Assembly: GCF_020745735.1 (NCBI RefSeq)
Contig: NC_083431.1
Location: forward strand, 24,022,496 to 24,086,495
DNA: 64,000 nt
Direction of reading: 5' to 3'
DNA from: Hemiscyllium ocellatum
Taxonomy: Eukaryota
The translations under genes and the position numbers were made by a program. Of this stretch, positions 61,702 to 64,000 are shown one piece after another. How positions within the stretch are numbered: the first letter of the stretch is position 1; the number at the start of each line of letters is the position of its first letter. The notes under the pieces were generated by a model. It saw nothing but the letters and a program-made list of their open reading frames with translations. It was not told the origin of the DNA and did not search any database.

Positions 61702-64000
61702 GTAAATGCTGGGTAGACTTTTTTAAAAGTTTAATTTGCTGCCAGGTGCTCACGTGAGAAGATCAAAAGATAAAAAGCTGCATTTCCAAATGGCTGCAGA
61801 GTCAGCCACAGGCTCCGAATAGTATATTTTGAACAGCTTCAAACATGCAGTCTAGACTTGCCAAATAGGTATTGTTTTAGCCTCCTCAGTCTCCCACCAT
61901 TTTTTTTAATCCATTGGCAAGGGTTTTGAATTTGGGCCAAAAATCAATAGCTTTTGGCAATGAGTAATGGCTAAATTGGGTTGGAGGTGGTTTGAAGGCA
62001 GTGACAATACATGAGTTGTTCTCTCAGTAATGGGCAGAGACTATAAATAGCTTTATTCACTGGGCCTTGTGAACTTGTGAGCAAATGACAGTGTTAAAGT
62101 TTTCTTTTCTGAAATAGGAAGTTTTCTTTCTGTATCTTCAGAAGCACTTTCTTACAAAAATCTTGGCTGTTTTCCACACTTTGAGGCATGATAAGCAGCA
62201 GCAAAATTGAATAAAAAGAGTTCTGACTGATGACTGAAATTACACTGTTCTCGCTAGATAACTGGGTTATAATTTGATTTCCTTCAGCAGTGGCTTTTAC
62301 CTTGTAACCTTAAATGATCACATGTCTATTGCAGTGAGCTAACTAAAGAGGAATGCGGCAACGTTGGAGGTCCTGGCAACAGGCTGTGACATCCGAGAAG
62401 CAGGGAATGTGTGGACAGGCCTTTTATTATGTGTTCCTTGCGTTTTACCAGTTCTACAATGCTTAGATGTCTGTCTCAGCAAGACTTAAATAAATTAGAT
62501 GTGATGGTGAGAGATGAGGAACTCTTCAGGGCATCTCAACATTGGTGACAATAGCCGCCAGTAAACAGTATTTTGAGGCTGAGATTTCTGAACACTTTCC
62601 GAAGCTAGCAAAAGTGTGGTGGGAGGGACAGAAATGAGACCAAGAACTGGGTAATTCAGAATCCACTGTGTGCTGGAAGTTTCTACCAAGCTGTTGCAAG
62701 ACCACACATAAGGGGCATGGACTCCTCACAATCTCGGTGAGAGTTTTAGTTGGCAGTTCTTCGGAGGGTGGGACAGCCTTTGGGAAGTGGTTACACTGCC
62801 TGATTTCTGAGCCAAACTTTACAGAAGAACACAGCCGGTATTCAGTTTGTCTGCTTTTGGTTATGTAACTCTTAAGTATGAAAAACTGCAGCGAACTAAT
62901 TCATGCAGAAGATAATGTGGATTCATGAATCTGTAATCAGTGCCAGGGTTCCTCCTCCTGTAAATAATGGTGGTGGTGGAGAGGTGGGGGGGGGGGGGGG
63001 GGGGGAGAGGAAGCGGAATACACCTGTGTATTCGTCCCTTAAATAGGTTTCAAATCTATATGTAGAAAAAAAGCTTATTGTGCCTTTCCTAAGACAGGAA
63101 TGATATTTAAAGATAAACTCAATTCAAGATAAACAGTAAATACAAAAAAAAGTAAAAATGCTGTCTGCTTAAAATATGTGATGAGGAGAACCCTTTGCAT
63201 AGAGAATCCTTGCTAGATTCTTGCTATTTCAGTTTGTTTTCCCCCCAGAGGGACAGGAGGCCATTGGCACATCTCTCCCAATACCTACCAGTCCCTCTCT
63301 GTGAAGTGTTCTGGAATCCTTTGTTCCCTTAAAACCACCGCAGGAGCAAGCCCGGTAACAAACTTGTAGCATCTTGTCAGAGACCATTGTTTTGTTAGAA
63401 TAAACCGACACAAGCAGCTGTTTCATAATTGATTAGTTGTGTTTCTAAAGGAGAGTGGAAAGGCCTTGATGAAACAGAACCTGAAGGCCAATTTCATGTT
63501 TACATGCGCCTGCACACCAGTGATGGGGGATGGGTGCTAACATTCTAACAATCATTCAGGAATCTATCCACTGAGGTGTTGAGCTTGGTTAAACTGAGAA
63601 TAGTTGAGTAGCAGTGTGCCATTTGTTTATGGTGAGCATCATTCGCATGGTGAGAACAGTTCAGGGGGCCAGCCCACATGTGAACATTCGCTAACATAAC
63701 TCACCTCTGTTTTGGACCTTTGTACCCCACTGCTGCTCCTACTATGTTATTGATGGCTGGAGGATTAGCCATTACTTACTGCTGGAAGGAAGTTTTCACC
63801 AACATAACAATTCTCTCACAAAATTATATACCAGCTAGAATTACTTTCATTTGCAAGTAGGATTGGTGCCAAGTAGAAGGAAAGATGGCAGTGAAGGGAA
63901 GAGGGAAGCAGAAACAGAGAAAGGCAATGCGATGAGCAAATGGGAGAGAAAGAGGACAATGACGGAGATAGGCAAGGAAGAGAGTGGGCAATAAAGGAGA

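Noticed and set aside
58153-64000. Next canonical rab34 exon (FKISKVIVVGD…)
   Set aside because: Not found in the window; presumably further downstream.

Overview
Eukaryotic (vertebrate) genomic DNA, inferred to be from a cartilaginous fish such as a shark, given the HE1-type SINEs, CR1/Penelope content and long introns. Genes: (1) a complete 5-exon rpl23a on the minus strand (13129-18858, 155 aa). It has a 5'TOP start, a BANP/ZNF143-type promoter and two intronic C/D snoRNAs (SNORD4 in intron 2, SNORD42 in intron 3). (2) The 5' part of rab34 on the plus strand, divergent from rpl23a as in mammals, with a non-coding exon ending at 44370, coding exons at 50033-50086 and 58061-58152, and a candidate extra in-frame cassette exon at 61591-61701. 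(3) The 5' end of an unidentified minus-strand gene running off the left edge, whose CpG-rich promoter carries an RFX X-box. Most of the rest is transposon-derived (CR1, Tx1/L1, Penelope-like elements, tRNA-derived SINEs, a solo LTR), and nearly all ORFs in the supplied track are TE fragments or noise. Most notable: (a) several families of short fold-back Penelope-derived elements carrying minimal dimer-type hammerhead ribozymes, with 13-15 bp target-site duplications and longer RT/GIY-YIG-bearing relatives in the same window; (b) an old ~3 kb inverted segmental duplication whose two copies are circularly permuted, the signature expected from a circular-DNA intermediate; (c) a LINE-tailed composite element with a GC-rich VNTR in rab34 intron 1. 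All calls were made by eye and no searches were run.
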